64,000 nucleotides of DNA from Bacteroidales bacterium. Its GTDB lineage: Bacteria > Bacteroidota > Bacteroidia > Bacteroidales > GCA-2748055. The DNA lies in contig JAWOHR010000067.1 in NCBI GenBank assembly GCA_046485075.1, forward strand, positions 11,682 to 75,681. The letters run 5' to 3'. Shown piece after piece: positions 35,142-45,383 of this stretch; within the stretch, counting starts at the first letter, position 1, and the number at the start of each line of letters is the position of its first letter. Below the pieces are notes generated by a model, which saw only the letters and a list, made by a program, of their open reading frames with translations, did not search any database and was not told the origin of the DNA. Position numbers and translations under genes: made by a program.

Positions 35142-38100
35142 ATGTCCCAAACCTGTACAACGATGACCAGGAATCTCCAGGCCCTTTTAATGACCGGGGT
35201 CATTCTACTGTTTGCAGCACCTGTTCAGATCATTTCGCAATCCATCTTTTATATTCCGGAAACCTCTGCTTCACCGGTCATCGACGGTGAGGAGGAGGCT
35301 CTCTGGAATGATGCGGATTTTTGGTCAATCGATCAAATTTACGGTGGGACCATCCTTGATGAGAAGGATTTCTCCGGAGACTGGAAAGCCACATGGGACC
35401 CATCAAACCTCTACCTTCTTTTCAAAGTACAGGATGCTTCACTCCATAACCTGGGGCCCGGTGCTGACAAATTCTGGATCCACGACTGTGTCGAACTATT
35501 CATTGATCTGCTCAATGATAAGGACCTGGCAGGAACCGGGGATACTCCGGATGATGACAATTACCAGTACAGGTTCATCTGGAACCTGGATGATGAACCG
35601 ATTTTTGAGGCACCTCCGTCAGGTGGACTGCTAAACGCGTCGAAAACACTGGTTGACGGAGCCGACACCATTGGCTATCACATCGAAGTTTCGATACCAT
35701 GGGCCACTCTGACCGGAACCCACCCTTTCGGTGCTGTGGAGATTGGGAAACAGGTGGGCACCGAGGTAAAAATTGCCGATCTCGATACTCCGACTGTATC
35801 AACAGGGGTTTGGTCCCCTGATGCAGAATTGCTCTGGAATAACTCCACCGGCACTGATCTTAAGATTTCGGCCCTGTTCGGAACCATCCAGCTGGTTCAC
35901 TTCCTGATGGGTGACTTTACTCCACCTGCACCCGTCACCGACCTGGGAGGAGAGGCCACCGGTTCCAGATCGGTTTCATTGAGCTGGACTGCCCCGGCAG
36001 ATGATAATACCGGAAGGGTGGCGGCCTATGAACTTGCACTGGGAACCGACTCAGCCGGGGTGGCTCAATGGAGCTCCGCTGAAACGGGGCGGATTCCCGG
36101 AACGGCCCGGATGCCGGGGGAAACAGAAGACTGCATCATCGATACGCTGACTACAGGTACAACCTACTATTTTGGTGTCAGATCCAATGATGGACTCGGA
36201 AATGCTTCTGAGGTCTCCAATATTCTTAAACTGAAGACTTACGATCCGGATCTTGTAGCACCGGGTCCCGTTACCGACCTGGCCATCGATTCATCCAGCT
36301 CCTTCATGGCCGATCTCTCCTGGACCTCCCCCGGGGATGATGGAAGCATGGGTACAGCTGCATCCTATGATATCAGGCAATACCATGAAACCCTTACCCT
36401 GGAAAACTGGGAATTGGCCAGCCTGGTTGAGGGAGCCCCCATTCCATTGGAAGCGGGTGAGAAACAATCATTCAGGATTCACGGACTTCAGCCTGGAAAC
36501 ACCTATTTCTTCGGGATCAGGAGCATGGACGAGTCTCCCAATATTTCGGGTCTTTCAAATATTGTTAAACTGGAGACCCCCGCTTTCACCTATAAGGTAA
36601 AGCACCCCGTGGATCAGATGATCGGAACAAACTCCTTCATCGATGTCCCCATGGAAAACATGGAGGCTGTAGGTTACATCAGGGAGTACCACCCCTGGAG
36701 CTTTACTGAAATAGAGGATGATACATATGAATACAATCGCTGGAACGGTTACTGGGATTTCGACGCCTATTACACCGATCTTCATAACCGGGGAATCATG
36801 GTATGTCCGGCCCTGTGGGCAAGCCCGGAGTGGCTTGAACCCAATTCCACCAATAAACCTTGCGGTGAGGACGAAGACCCACAGGATCCTTCTTCCTACA
36901 CCGAAATGGCCCAGCTGATGTACCAGTATGCAGCCAGGTACGGGAAAACCACCGTGGAGGAGTCAAAACTTCTGGTGAATGCCGGACAGGTGAAAAAATC
37001 CGGGTTGGGGATCCTATCCTATTTTGAAGATTGGAACGAGCAGGACCGTGACTGGGAGGGCCGTGATGCACAATTTACAGCAGAGGAGTATGCCGCCATG
37101 GCCAGCGCAAATGCGGATGGTCATGCCGGAAGTCTGGGTGAGGGATTGGGGCTGAAAACTGCTGACCCCTCCGCAAAATTTGTCATGGGTGGCCTCTATA
37201 TCCTGGGAACCGTTTACATCACCGGTATGTACAACTGGTTCATTGAGAACAGACCCGACCATAGGTGGCCCGTTGATGTAATCAACATGCACCATTATGC
37301 ATACTCCTTTACCCGGAACGGGATTTGTCCGGAAGAAGATGGGTACAAGGCGATGGTTCAGGAGGTGATCGGGTGGAGAAACGAGTACGCACCTGAAAAC
37401 GAAGTCTGGCTCACCGAATTCGGATATGATACCAATGATGAGTCGCCAAACCGTATCAATCCTTTTGGCGGTTTTACACAGCAGGAGATCCAGGCGCAGT
37501 GGATCGTGAGGACTTACCTGATCCTCTCCTCAGTTGGGGTTGACCGGGCAGCCCAGTTTATGATCAGGGATGTGGACCCCAATCCCGAACCAAGGTGGAG
37601 TGACTGTGGGCTCACCCTTTCACCATCCGAAGGAAATGTGCCCAAAACCTCGTGGTACTATGTGTATAGCCTGAAAAATATTCTAAGGGGAAACTATTTT
37701 GATAAAGTGATATCGGAATCTGCATCGGCCCATGTTTACCGTTTTATAAATGAAGAGGGGAATCAATATACGTATGCCCTCTGGAGCCCCACCGGCGATG
37801 GGTCCACTTCGCAATACAGGTTGAAAATCCCTGCCGGACCCTCCTTTCTGAGAAAGATAGAACTGAAGGATGGATCCACCACGGGAGTTATGGAATCCAT
37901 GGATCCATCTTCCGATATGATCTCGCTGGATATTAGTGAAACACCCCTCTTCCTGGTGGCAAATTACGGGGAACCCGACGGGCTCCGGAATGATAAGTCA
38001 CCATCCGGTGGAATCATCTTTCCAAATCCGTTTAAAGGAGTCGTAGAGATTCTGATTCCCGGCGGAATGGAGAATTCAGATGTACAAATCAGCATTTATG

Positions 38101-38249
38101 GCGTCGAAGGGAGAGAGGTTATGAACCGGGAGATGCACTGCAGCGGTCAGATTCTGTCACTTGATCTGGGCGGTCTCGAAAATGGCATTTACATCCTGGT
38201 GGCACAAACCGGGAACCGAACAATCACAGAAAAAATTGTAAAGCAATAA
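35142..38249 (+). CDS. T9SS-secreted multidomain enzyme: CBM9-like + 2x Fn3 + putative clan GH-A (TIM-barrel) glycoside hydrolase + type-A CTD
   Basis: 1035-aa ORF. The N-terminal module is CBM9-like (SASPVIDGEEEALW...WKATWDPSNLYLLFKVQDA), followed by two Fn3-like repeats (LSWT.P.DD). The central domain has a candidate acid/base in FEDWNEQD and a candidate nucleophile in VWLTEFGYD. The C-terminal Por tail is IFPNPFKG...GIYILVAQ...KIVKQ. Confidence 0.7.
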   Translation: MSQTCTTMTRNLQALLMTGVILLFAAPVQIISQSIFYIPETSASPVIDGEEEALWNDADFWSIDQIYGGTILDEKDFSGDWKATWDPSNLYLLFKVQDASLHNLGPGADKFWIHDCVELFIDLLNDKDLAGTGDTPDDDNYQYRFIWNLDDEPIFEAPPSGGLLNASKTLVDGADTIGYHIEVSIPWATLTGTHPFGAVEIGKQVGTEVKIADLDTPTVSTGVWSPDAELLWNNSTGTDLKISALFGTIQLVHFLMGDFTPPAPVTDLGGEATGSRSVSLSWTAPADDNTGRVAAYELALGTDSAGVAQWSSAETGRIPGTARMPGETEDCIIDTLTTGTTYYFGVRSNDGLGNASEVSNILKLKTYDPDLVAPGPVTDLAIDSSSSFMADLSWTSPGDDGSMGTAASYDIRQYHETLTLENWELASLVEGAPIPLEAGEKQSFRIHGLQPGNTYFFGIRSMDESPNISGLSNIVKLETPAFTYKVKHPVDQMIGTNSFIDVPMENMEAVGYIREYHPWSFTEIEDDTYEYNRWNGYWDFDAYYTDLHNRGIMVCPALWASPEWLEPNSTNKPCGEDEDPQDPSSYTEMAQLMYQYAARYGKTTVEESKLLVNAGQVKKSGLGILSYFEDWNEQDRDWEGRDAQFTAEEYAAMASANADGHAGSLGEGLGLKTADPSAKFVMGGLYILGTVYITGMYNWFIENRPDHRWPVDVINMHHYAYSFTRNGICPEEDGYKAMVQEVIGWRNEYAPENEVWLTEFGYDTNDESPNRINPFGGFTQQEIQAQWIVRTYLILSSVGVDRAAQFMIRDVDPNPEPRWSDCGLTLSPSEGNVPKTSWYYVYSLKNILRGNYFDKVISESASAHVYRFINEEGNQYTYALWSPTGDGSTSQYRLKIPAGPSFLRKIELKDGSTTGVMESMDPSSDMISLDISETPLFLVANYGEPDGLRNDKSPSGGIIFPNPFKGVVEILIPGGMENSDVQISIYGVEGREVMNREMHCSGQILSLDLGGLENGIYILVAQTGNRTITEKIVKQ

Positions 38250-38267
38250 CTGTAAAAGTCCTGAAAA

Positions 38268-41200
38268 ATGAAACGATTAATATTGCTGTTGGTTGGATTA
38301 GCCGGCCTCACAGGCCTGATGTTCTCCCAATCTGTTGACATTACGGGTAAAGTATCAGATCAGGCAACAGGGGAAGCCCTTCCCGGTGTAAACATCGTCG
38401 TAAAAGGCAGCGGTACCGGTTCGGTAACCGATGTGAACGGTCGTTACACCATCACATCCTCCTCCCCTGAATCGATCCTTGTATTCTCCTATGTGGGATA
38501 TTCCGAACAGGAGATCCGCACAGATAATGCCACCGTCATTGATGTGCAGATGGCAGAAGATATCGAAACCCTTGAAGAGGTGATGGTCATTGGATACGGC
38601 ACCATTAAAAAGAGCGATCTCACCGGGGCTGTCTCCTCGGTCAAATCGGAAGCGGTAAAGGATATGCCGGTGCTGGGTATGGACCAGGCGCTCCAGGGAA
38701 GAGCTGCGGGCGTGATGGTCACCAACAACACAGGAGCCCCCGGGAGCGGGGTCTCCATAAAGGTAAGGGGCATCGGTTCCATTGCAAGGAGCAATGAACC
38801 CCTCTATGTGATCGACGGTGTGCCTCTGGACAATACCCAGATCAGCAATCCGCAGACCGGCAGTTCGGGCGACCGGATCAACCCCATGTCAAATATCAAC
38901 CCTGACGACATCGAATCCATCGAAGTGCTGAAGGACCCAGCATCCTGTGCAATATATGGTGCCCGTGGTGCCAACGGTGTGGTACTGATCTCCACCAAAA
39001 GGGGGAAAAAGGGAGCCAATATCGTGGAATTCAGCAGCTACTACGGGATCTCCCAGGTTACCAACCGGATAGATCTGATGAACTCCAAAGAGTACCAGAG
39101 GCTGGTTTACGAGGGGCTTCGAAAGAAGCGGACGCCGCTGGCAAGTCCGTTGTACATCTCCGACGAGGAAGTGGAGATGTATGACACCGACTGGCAGGAT
39201 GCCATTTTCAGGAACGCTGCCACATACAATGTAAACCTGCAGACCAGGGGAGGAAATGAAAGGGCCACCTACTCCATAAGCGGCGGATACTATAATACCG
39301 AGGGGGTTGTCATTAATACCGGTTTTGAACGGTACAGTCTCCGGGCCAACGTGGATATGAACCTTTCCGACAGGGTAAAGGTGGGAACAAGCATGTCGCT
39401 GGCCCGTTCGGAGGGTGAACGACAGCGAAACAGCACCTCCAGTGCCCAGGCTGACAACAACAAACAAACCGGTGGTCCAGTGGTCATGTCAGCACTCACC
39501 TCCAGTCCGGTTTATCCAGTTTACGACTCGCTGGGTAATTATGGAATCGACCTCCGGAATAAGGCCATTGCCAACCCTGTGATGCTGGCCAGGGAACAAA
39601 GCCTGGACTACTTTACCAACCGGGTGATCGGGAATGCATACCTGGACTGGGAGATCATCGAAGGGCTCACCTTTCACACCCTGTTCGGAACAGACCTTCG
39701 TGATACCAAGGAGAACTTTTTCTGGGCGCCCTATTACTACCCCGACGACGGGTTGAAGATGCCGGGTTCGGCCAGGACCTCGGATAATACAACCTACGGA
39801 ATCTCCTGGGTGTGGACCAATACCCTCAGTTACACAAAAACACTTGGTGAACACAGCTTTACCATCATGGCGGGCCATGAAGCCTCACACATTCAAAATG
39901 AACTCACCTATACCGAGGTGGGCGGAATGCCCATCAGTGATATTACCACATTTGCTTCCTCCCCCGCCATCCTTTCTGCTGAAAACTTTTACAGTGCCAG
40001 TGCACTTGAATCCTATTTCGGAAGAATTAACTATGCCTTTAAGGGAAGGTATCTTCTGCAGATGAATGTAAGAAGGGATGGTTCATCACGCTTCGGGGAA
40101 GATAAACGCTGGGGAGTGTTTCCGGCAGCATCGGTTGGCTGGAATATGGCCGGGGAATCTTTTATGGATGGGGTGAAGTTTATTACCCAACTGAAGCCCA
40201 GGTTCAGCTACGGAATTACGGGGAACCAGGAGGTGGGTGATTACTCATGGCGGGGATCCTATATGGTTGGTATCATCCCGAATGCCTATGATGTGGACAA
40301 TGAGGTAATGAACTACCTTTCCCAACTGGGGGGAAGGTATACCACCATCTCCGATTACGGCTACTCCTGGGAGCAGCACACGACCCTCAACGCGGGTCTG
40401 GATCTCTCATTCTTCAACAACAGGATCAACCTGAATCTGGACTATTACAACCGTGTCTCCGACAAATTGCTGCTGGAGGTTTCCCTCCCGGCCACAACCG
40501 GGATCGGCGGGGCCTGGAATAATGCAGGGAAAGTGACCAACAAAGGGGTGGAAGTAGCCATCATGACCCACAATACATCGGGTAAGTTCAAATGGACCAC
40601 CGATTTCAATATTGCCTTCAATAAATTTACCGTCAATGAACTGCTGGTGGATAGCATCAAGGGATACAACAGTATCCTCATTGAAGGGCAGGGTCTGAAC
40701 TTCTTCACCTATGAGCGGGAACCCTTGGTGGACAGCGTCACCGGTCATGTGGTTCTGGTGGATCAGAATGGCGACGGATCGGTCACCTATGGTGGTGGTA
40801 ACGCAGATAAAACCATCACGGGTTATCCGCTACCCATGTTTTTTGGAGGAATCACCAACACCTTTGAATATAAAGGATTCGATCTCTCCATCTTCTTCCA
40901 GTTTGTGTATGGAAATGATATATACAATGCCACACGGCAGACCCTTGATGATTACCAGGTGGCATCGGGACTTTCGGTGGGAGTAAACGGGACCTCTGAA
41001 GCGTTTATTGGCAGGTTTATCCCGGTCGATGTGACCGATGATCAGGGAAATGTAATATGGCCAAGAAATGTAATTACCCCGCATCCCACCACAAACTATG
41101 CAGGAAACAATATCGACCAGAGGGAGGGGCACAACGGATGGATCGAAGATGGCTCCTACCTGAGGTTGAAGACACTTACTTTCGGATACACATTGCCCAA

Positions 41201-41408
41201 AAAGTGGCTCAGCAGGATAAAGATGGCCAGCGCCCGTATCTATTTCTCCACCAATAACCTGTGGACGCTGACCAACTATTCCGGTTTCGATCCAGAGGTA
41301 AGTACCATTACCGGCGAAAACATCGGGGCGAACCTTTCTCCCGGGATTGATGCAGGGGCCTATCCCCAGTCGAAGACCTATGTATTCGGATTTAACATGA
41401 CCTTTTAA
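38268..41408 (+). CDS. SusC/RagA-family TonB-dependent outer-membrane transporter
   Basis: 1046-aa ORF. It has a carboxypeptidase-regulatory-like N-domain (ITGKVSD..GEALPGVNIVVKGSGTGSVTDVNGRYTI), a plug domain and a C-terminal beta-barrel ending in F. It is immediately followed by a SusD-like gene. Confidence 0.92.
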   Translation: MKRLILLLVGLAGLTGLMFSQSVDITGKVSDQATGEALPGVNIVVKGSGTGSVTDVNGRYTITSSSPESILVFSYVGYSEQEIRTDNATVIDVQMAEDIETLEEVMVIGYGTIKKSDLTGAVSSVKSEAVKDMPVLGMDQALQGRAAGVMVTNNTGAPGSGVSIKVRGIGSIARSNEPLYVIDGVPLDNTQISNPQTGSSGDRINPMSNINPDDIESIEVLKDPASCAIYGARGANGVVLISTKRGKKGANIVEFSSYYGISQVTNRIDLMNSKEYQRLVYEGLRKKRTPLASPLYISDEEVEMYDTDWQDAIFRNAATYNVNLQTRGGNERATYSISGGYYNTEGVVINTGFERYSLRANVDMNLSDRVKVGTSMSLARSEGERQRNSTSSAQADNNKQTGGPVVMSALTSSPVYPVYDSLGNYGIDLRNKAIANPVMLAREQSLDYFTNRVIGNAYLDWEIIEGLTFHTLFGTDLRDTKENFFWAPYYYPDDGLKMPGSARTSDNTTYGISWVWTNTLSYTKTLGEHSFTIMAGHEASHIQNELTYTEVGGMPISDITTFASSPAILSAENFYSASALESYFGRINYAFKGRYLLQMNVRRDGSSRFGEDKRWGVFPAASVGWNMAGESFMDGVKFITQLKPRFSYGITGNQEVGDYSWRGSYMVGIIPNAYDVDNEVMNYLSQLGGRYTTISDYGYSWEQHTTLNAGLDLSFFNNRINLNLDYYNRVSDKLLLEVSLPATTGIGGAWNNAGKVTNKGVEVAIMTHNTSGKFKWTTDFNIAFNKFTVNELLVDSIKGYNSILIEGQGLNFFTYEREPLVDSVTGHVVLVDQNGDGSVTYGGGNADKTITGYPLPMFFGGITNTFEYKGFDLSIFFQFVYGNDIYNATRQTLDDYQVASGLSVGVNGTSEAFIGRFIPVDVTDDQGNVIWPRNVITPHPTTNYAGNNIDQREGHNGWIEDGSYLRLKTLTFGYTLPKKWLSRIKMASARIYFSTNNLWTLTNYSGFDPEVSTITGENIGANLSPGIDAGAYPQSKTYVFGFNMTF

Positions 41409-41420
41409 ACTGCGACCGCC

Positions 41421-42956
41421 ATGAAACCAATCATCAGAAAAATAAGCGTTTGCATCACTGCGCTCATGCTCCTTTCGGCATGCAGCGACGAATTCCTGAA
41501 CGAGGTTCCCCGGGACCAGATCGACCTGGAAAATTTCTTTACCAAACCGGTGGATGCGGAGATCGGGCTGACCGGGGGATATGCCAAGGTCATCTCCAAG
41601 CATACCATGGCCAACCTCTTCTGGTTCATGGTTTCGGCCGATGAAATAACAGCGGCCAACCATGCCAATTCCGGAATGGGTTCAGGCGACCACCGCGACC
41701 TGACCACCTCCTCCCTTTGGGGCATGCTCGGCACCTATACAGTTCCCTACGCGGGGATTGTAAATCTGAATGTGCTCTTACAGAAGGTGCCGGATATTCC
41801 CGACTCGCAGTTTGCCGGGACCAGGAAAAACGAGATCCTGGGCGAGGCTCACTTCCTCAGAGGCTATGCTTATTACCTGCTGGCCATGGTATTCAGGGAT
41901 GTTCCTCTCCAGACAGAAGTCCCTACCAGTTCCAACCCAGGGGATAACTACATGAACAGCAGTCCCCAATCCGAAATACTTGATCAGGCCATGTCAGATT
42001 TCGAAGAGGCTATCAGGATCATGCCCGATCGACTTTCCGGGATGTCAGATCATGATGTGCGTGGTCGGGGCAGCAAATGGGCCGCACTGGCATTTAAAGC
42101 CAGGATCCATATGTGGAGGGGTGAATGGACCGAAGCATTCAATGCCTGCCAGGCCATCATTGATGGTGGATTATTTAAAATCACCCCAAGATGGATCGAT
42201 ATTTTTTCAGGTGAGAACGACAACGAGGAGGTAATCTGGCAGAGCCAGGGGCAGTCGCGCGAAGAGTATGATTTTATAGGAGTTTATCGCTGGTATTGCG
42301 ACAACGATCCCACTGCCCCGGCTCCCCCGTTTATGGTGGAGAAAAAGCTGACCGACATGTTTGAACAACCCTACAAGGATGTGCGGCTGGAGTATTCGGT
42401 CAGGGCCATTGGCAGAAGTGCCGGTGTGCCCAATTACGGGGGCAGGAACGTCAAGCATTTTCATGTTCCATCGGGTGAGATCATCGAAGGGGTATCGGAC
42501 GAGTCGAGGGATAAAAACTTTCCCCTCATGCGCCTGTCGGAGGTGCATCTGATGAAAGCAGAAGCCATCATCCAGTCGGGATATACTCTGGGAACAGCCG
42601 CTGAGGTATTGGACATTCTCAATGAACTGCGGGCTAGAGCTGCCGATCCTGCCTTTGAACCCAGGGAGGAGGATAAACGGTATGATTACGAGGCGAATCT
42701 GGGTTGCGAAGGGATTGCACCACTTACCATAGATCAGGTCAATTTACAGGCCCTCAAGGATGAGAAATACCGGGAACTATGCATGGAGGCTGTCCGCTGG
42801 ATCGACCTGTTGCGCTGGAGCGGCATGGAGGATAATTATGCTTCCGTGATGGCTTTGGTCAACGCTTCCAGCGTGGACAGGCTCTATGCAGCCATCCCAC
42901 AGGAACAGATTGATGCCAACCATGGTGTACTGGAGCAGAATCCGGGGTACAACTAA
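41421..42956 (+). CDS. SusD/RagB-family outer-membrane glycan-binding lipoprotein
   Basis: 511-aa ORF with a lipoprotein signal (LMLLSAC). It has SusD-like TPR-rich composition and motifs (FLRGYAYYLLAMVFRDVPL, RLSEVHLMKAEA). It lies 12 nt downstream of the susC-like gene. Confidence 0.9.
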   Translation: MKPIIRKISVCITALMLLSACSDEFLNEVPRDQIDLENFFTKPVDAEIGLTGGYAKVISKHTMANLFWFMVSADEITAANHANSGMGSGDHRDLTTSSLWGMLGTYTVPYAGIVNLNVLLQKVPDIPDSQFAGTRKNEILGEAHFLRGYAYYLLAMVFRDVPLQTEVPTSSNPGDNYMNSSPQSEILDQAMSDFEEAIRIMPDRLSGMSDHDVRGRGSKWAALAFKARIHMWRGEWTEAFNACQAIIDGGLFKITPRWIDIFSGENDNEEVIWQSQGQSREEYDFIGVYRWYCDNDPTAPAPPFMVEKKLTDMFEQPYKDVRLEYSVRAIGRSAGVPNYGGRNVKHFHVPSGEIIEGVSDESRDKNFPLMRLSEVHLMKAEAIIQSGYTLGTAAEVLDILNELRARAADPAFEPREEDKRYDYEANLGCEGIAPLTIDQVNLQALKDEKYRELCMEAVRWIDLLRWSGMEDNYASVMALVNASSVDRLYAAIPQEQIDANHGVLEQNPGYN

Positions 42957-42968
42957 TCTCAGCAAGAA

Positions 42969-45383
42969 GTGTTGATGAGGGGAAAATACAGGAATATTGC
43001 CAGGGTTCTGCACGATGTGTTCATCCTGTTTCTGGTCATTACCAGCCTGCCAGATCCTTTATGGTCTCAGGAAAACAAGATCCTGGTCAATACCGACTGG
43101 GACCATGAACGTCACGCATGGAGCGCATCCTGGATTACGCATCCCGAATGCTTACGTACCGAATACGGGGTATATAACCTTAGAAACCGGTTTTCACTGG
43201 AAGTGGTCCCCGATACCCAGTTCGTATACGTTTCGGCCGACAACCGGTACCGCCTGTTGGTCAACGGAACAGAGGTTGCCATGGGACCCGCAAGGGGCTC
43301 CCTGATGTATTGGCGTTATGAGACCATCGATATCGCCCCTTACCTGGTGGAAGGGGAGAATCTCATTGCCGCGGAGGTTTATAATTTCGGATTGCTTCGT
43401 CCCGATGCACAATTCTCCTATCAGACCGCCTTTATCCTGCAGGCCGAAGGCGCACCACAGTTAAATACGCCGGGTAGCTGGGTCATTCAGCAGAACCATG
43501 CCTACACTCCTGTTAAAGTAACCAGGGAGGTGGTAAAAGGTTACTACGTGGCCGGACCCACTGACCGGATCGAAGGGTCGGAATATCCCTGGGGATGGGA
43601 AGAGATTGAATTTGATGATTCCGGGTGGGCCACACCGGTGGTCATCACCAAGGGTGTGGGCAGGGGTTATATGCACGGGGTACCCTGGATGCTGGTTCCC
43701 AGAAATATTCCTATGCTGGAGCAGCGACCCGAGCCTATCTCCGTCATTCGGTTTGCCGAGGGTATCCATCCACATCCCGGTTTTACCTCGGGAGATCACC
43801 CCCTGACCATTCCGCCTGAAACTTCCTGTAAAATTTTGCTCGACCAGGAGTTTCTGACCACCACCTTCCCCATGATTAACCTCAGCGGAGGAGAGGGTGC
43901 CCGGCTCAAAATCACCTATGCGGAGACCCTTTACCAGGAGGATCTGCGGAAGGGCGACCGGAACCAGGTGGAGGGAAAAAAGATGATCGGGTATTATGAC
44001 CTGATCCTGCCCGAAGGGGGAGCAAACCGACCTTACAGAACCCTGTCCACACGCACTTACAGGTACATTCAACTGGAGATTGCCACGGGAAGTGATCCGC
44101 TAACAATCCATGAGTTGAAGGGAATCTTCACAGCCTATCCCTTTGAAAGAAATGCACATGTTTCCACCGGTGATTCCTTCCATGACCATCTCCAGAATAT
44201 TGGCTGGAGAACAGCCCGTCTCTGTGCTGCAGAAACCTACATGGATTGTCCCTACTATGAGCAACTTCAATACCTGGGCGACACCAGGATTCAGTCGCTG
44301 ATTTCTCTTTATGTTTCAGGTGATGACAGGCTTATGAGAAATGCCCTGTTGCAGGCGGACCAATCAAGGCTTTCCGACGGACTCACCCTATCGAGGGCCC
44401 CGTCGGCCATTCCACAGATCATACCACCCTTCTCCCTCTATTGGGTCGATATGGTGCATGATTATTACATGCACCGGCGGGACGATCTGTTTGTTGAATC
44501 GTTCCTTCCCGGCATAGAGTCAGTACTTGGATGGTTCCAGCGCCGGATGAGAAGCGACGGCATCATGGGCGGACTCGAATGGCTTAACTTCACCGACTGG
44601 ACCGACGGATTCATGGTAGGTTCCCCACCGGGCGTTGATCTGGGCGGATCAGCCCTGATCAGCCTCAATTATGCCTATGCGCTTGACCGGGCCTCTGAGC
44701 TGTTTGACCATTTCGGGGATACCCTTCAGGCCGCTGAGTACAGCAACCTGTCCCAAAAGATTAAAAAAGCGGTATTCACCCTCTGTTTTGACCCGCAGCG
44801 TAGCCTGTTGGCCGACACTCCTGACAAAGACAGCTTTTCGCAGCATACCAACCTATTCGGTATCCTCACCAACTGTATTCCTGTCTCCCGTCAATCCAGC
44901 GTGATGGAACTTGTGATGCATGACCCATCACTCGTACAGACCACCATCTATTACCGTTTCTACCTCTTCCAGGCCATGTTCAAAGCAGGAATGGGCGATC
45001 TGTACCTTTCACAGCTGGATCCCTGGATAGAGATGATCGGCAAGGGACTCACCACCTGGGAAGAGGGTGATTACGATGAGCGATCCGATTGTCATGCATG
45101 GGGCTCCTCGCCCAACTACCACCTGCTCTCCATTGTTTGTGGAATCAATCCCATTTCCCCCGGTTTCCGCGAGATCTCTGTCACTCCCAACCTTGGACAG
45201 CTTGAGCATGTCGAGGCCTCCATGCCCCATCCAGACGGAACCATTACGACGGTTTTTGATCACAAACCCGGGAAAAAACTGGTAGCCACCGTCCACCTGC
45301 CCCCGGGAACCACGGGAGTGTTACAGTGGGGTGGACATACCAGGACACTTGCCCCGGGGGAACAAACTTTTACCCTGAAATGA
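42969..45383 (+). CDS. Alpha-L-rhamnosidase-related (GH78-like) six-hairpin glycoside hydrolase, exported
   Basis: 804-aa ORF with a signal-like N-terminus. The YMDCPYYEQLQYLGDTR motif resembles the GH78 (alpha/alpha)6 catalytic domain signature (DCPxxEQ..W.GD). The family assignment is tentative. Confidence 0.65.
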   Translation: MLMRGKYRNIARVLHDVFILFLVITSLPDPLWSQENKILVNTDWDHERHAWSASWITHPECLRTEYGVYNLRNRFSLEVVPDTQFVYVSADNRYRLLVNGTEVAMGPARGSLMYWRYETIDIAPYLVEGENLIAAEVYNFGLLRPDAQFSYQTAFILQAEGAPQLNTPGSWVIQQNHAYTPVKVTREVVKGYYVAGPTDRIEGSEYPWGWEEIEFDDSGWATPVVITKGVGRGYMHGVPWMLVPRNIPMLEQRPEPISVIRFAEGIHPHPGFTSGDHPLTIPPETSCKILLDQEFLTTTFPMINLSGGEGARLKITYAETLYQEDLRKGDRNQVEGKKMIGYYDLILPEGGANRPYRTLSTRTYRYIQLEIATGSDPLTIHELKGIFTAYPFERNAHVSTGDSFHDHLQNIGWRTARLCAAETYMDCPYYEQLQYLGDTRIQSLISLYVSGDDRLMRNALLQADQSRLSDGLTLSRAPSAIPQIIPPFSLYWVDMVHDYYMHRRDDLFVESFLPGIESVLGWFQRRMRSDGIMGGLEWLNFTDWTDGFMVGSPPGVDLGGSALISLNYAYALDRASELFDHFGDTLQAAEYSNLSQKIKKAVFTLCFDPQRSLLADTPDKDSFSQHTNLFGILTNCIPVSRQSSVMELVMHDPSLVQTTIYYRFYLFQAMFKAGMGDLYLSQLDPWIEMIGKGLTTWEEGDYDERSDCHAWGSSPNYHLLSIVCGINPISPGFREISVTPNLGQLEHVEASMPHPDGTITTVFDHKPGKKLVATVHLPPGTTGVLQWGGHTRTLAPGEQTFTLK

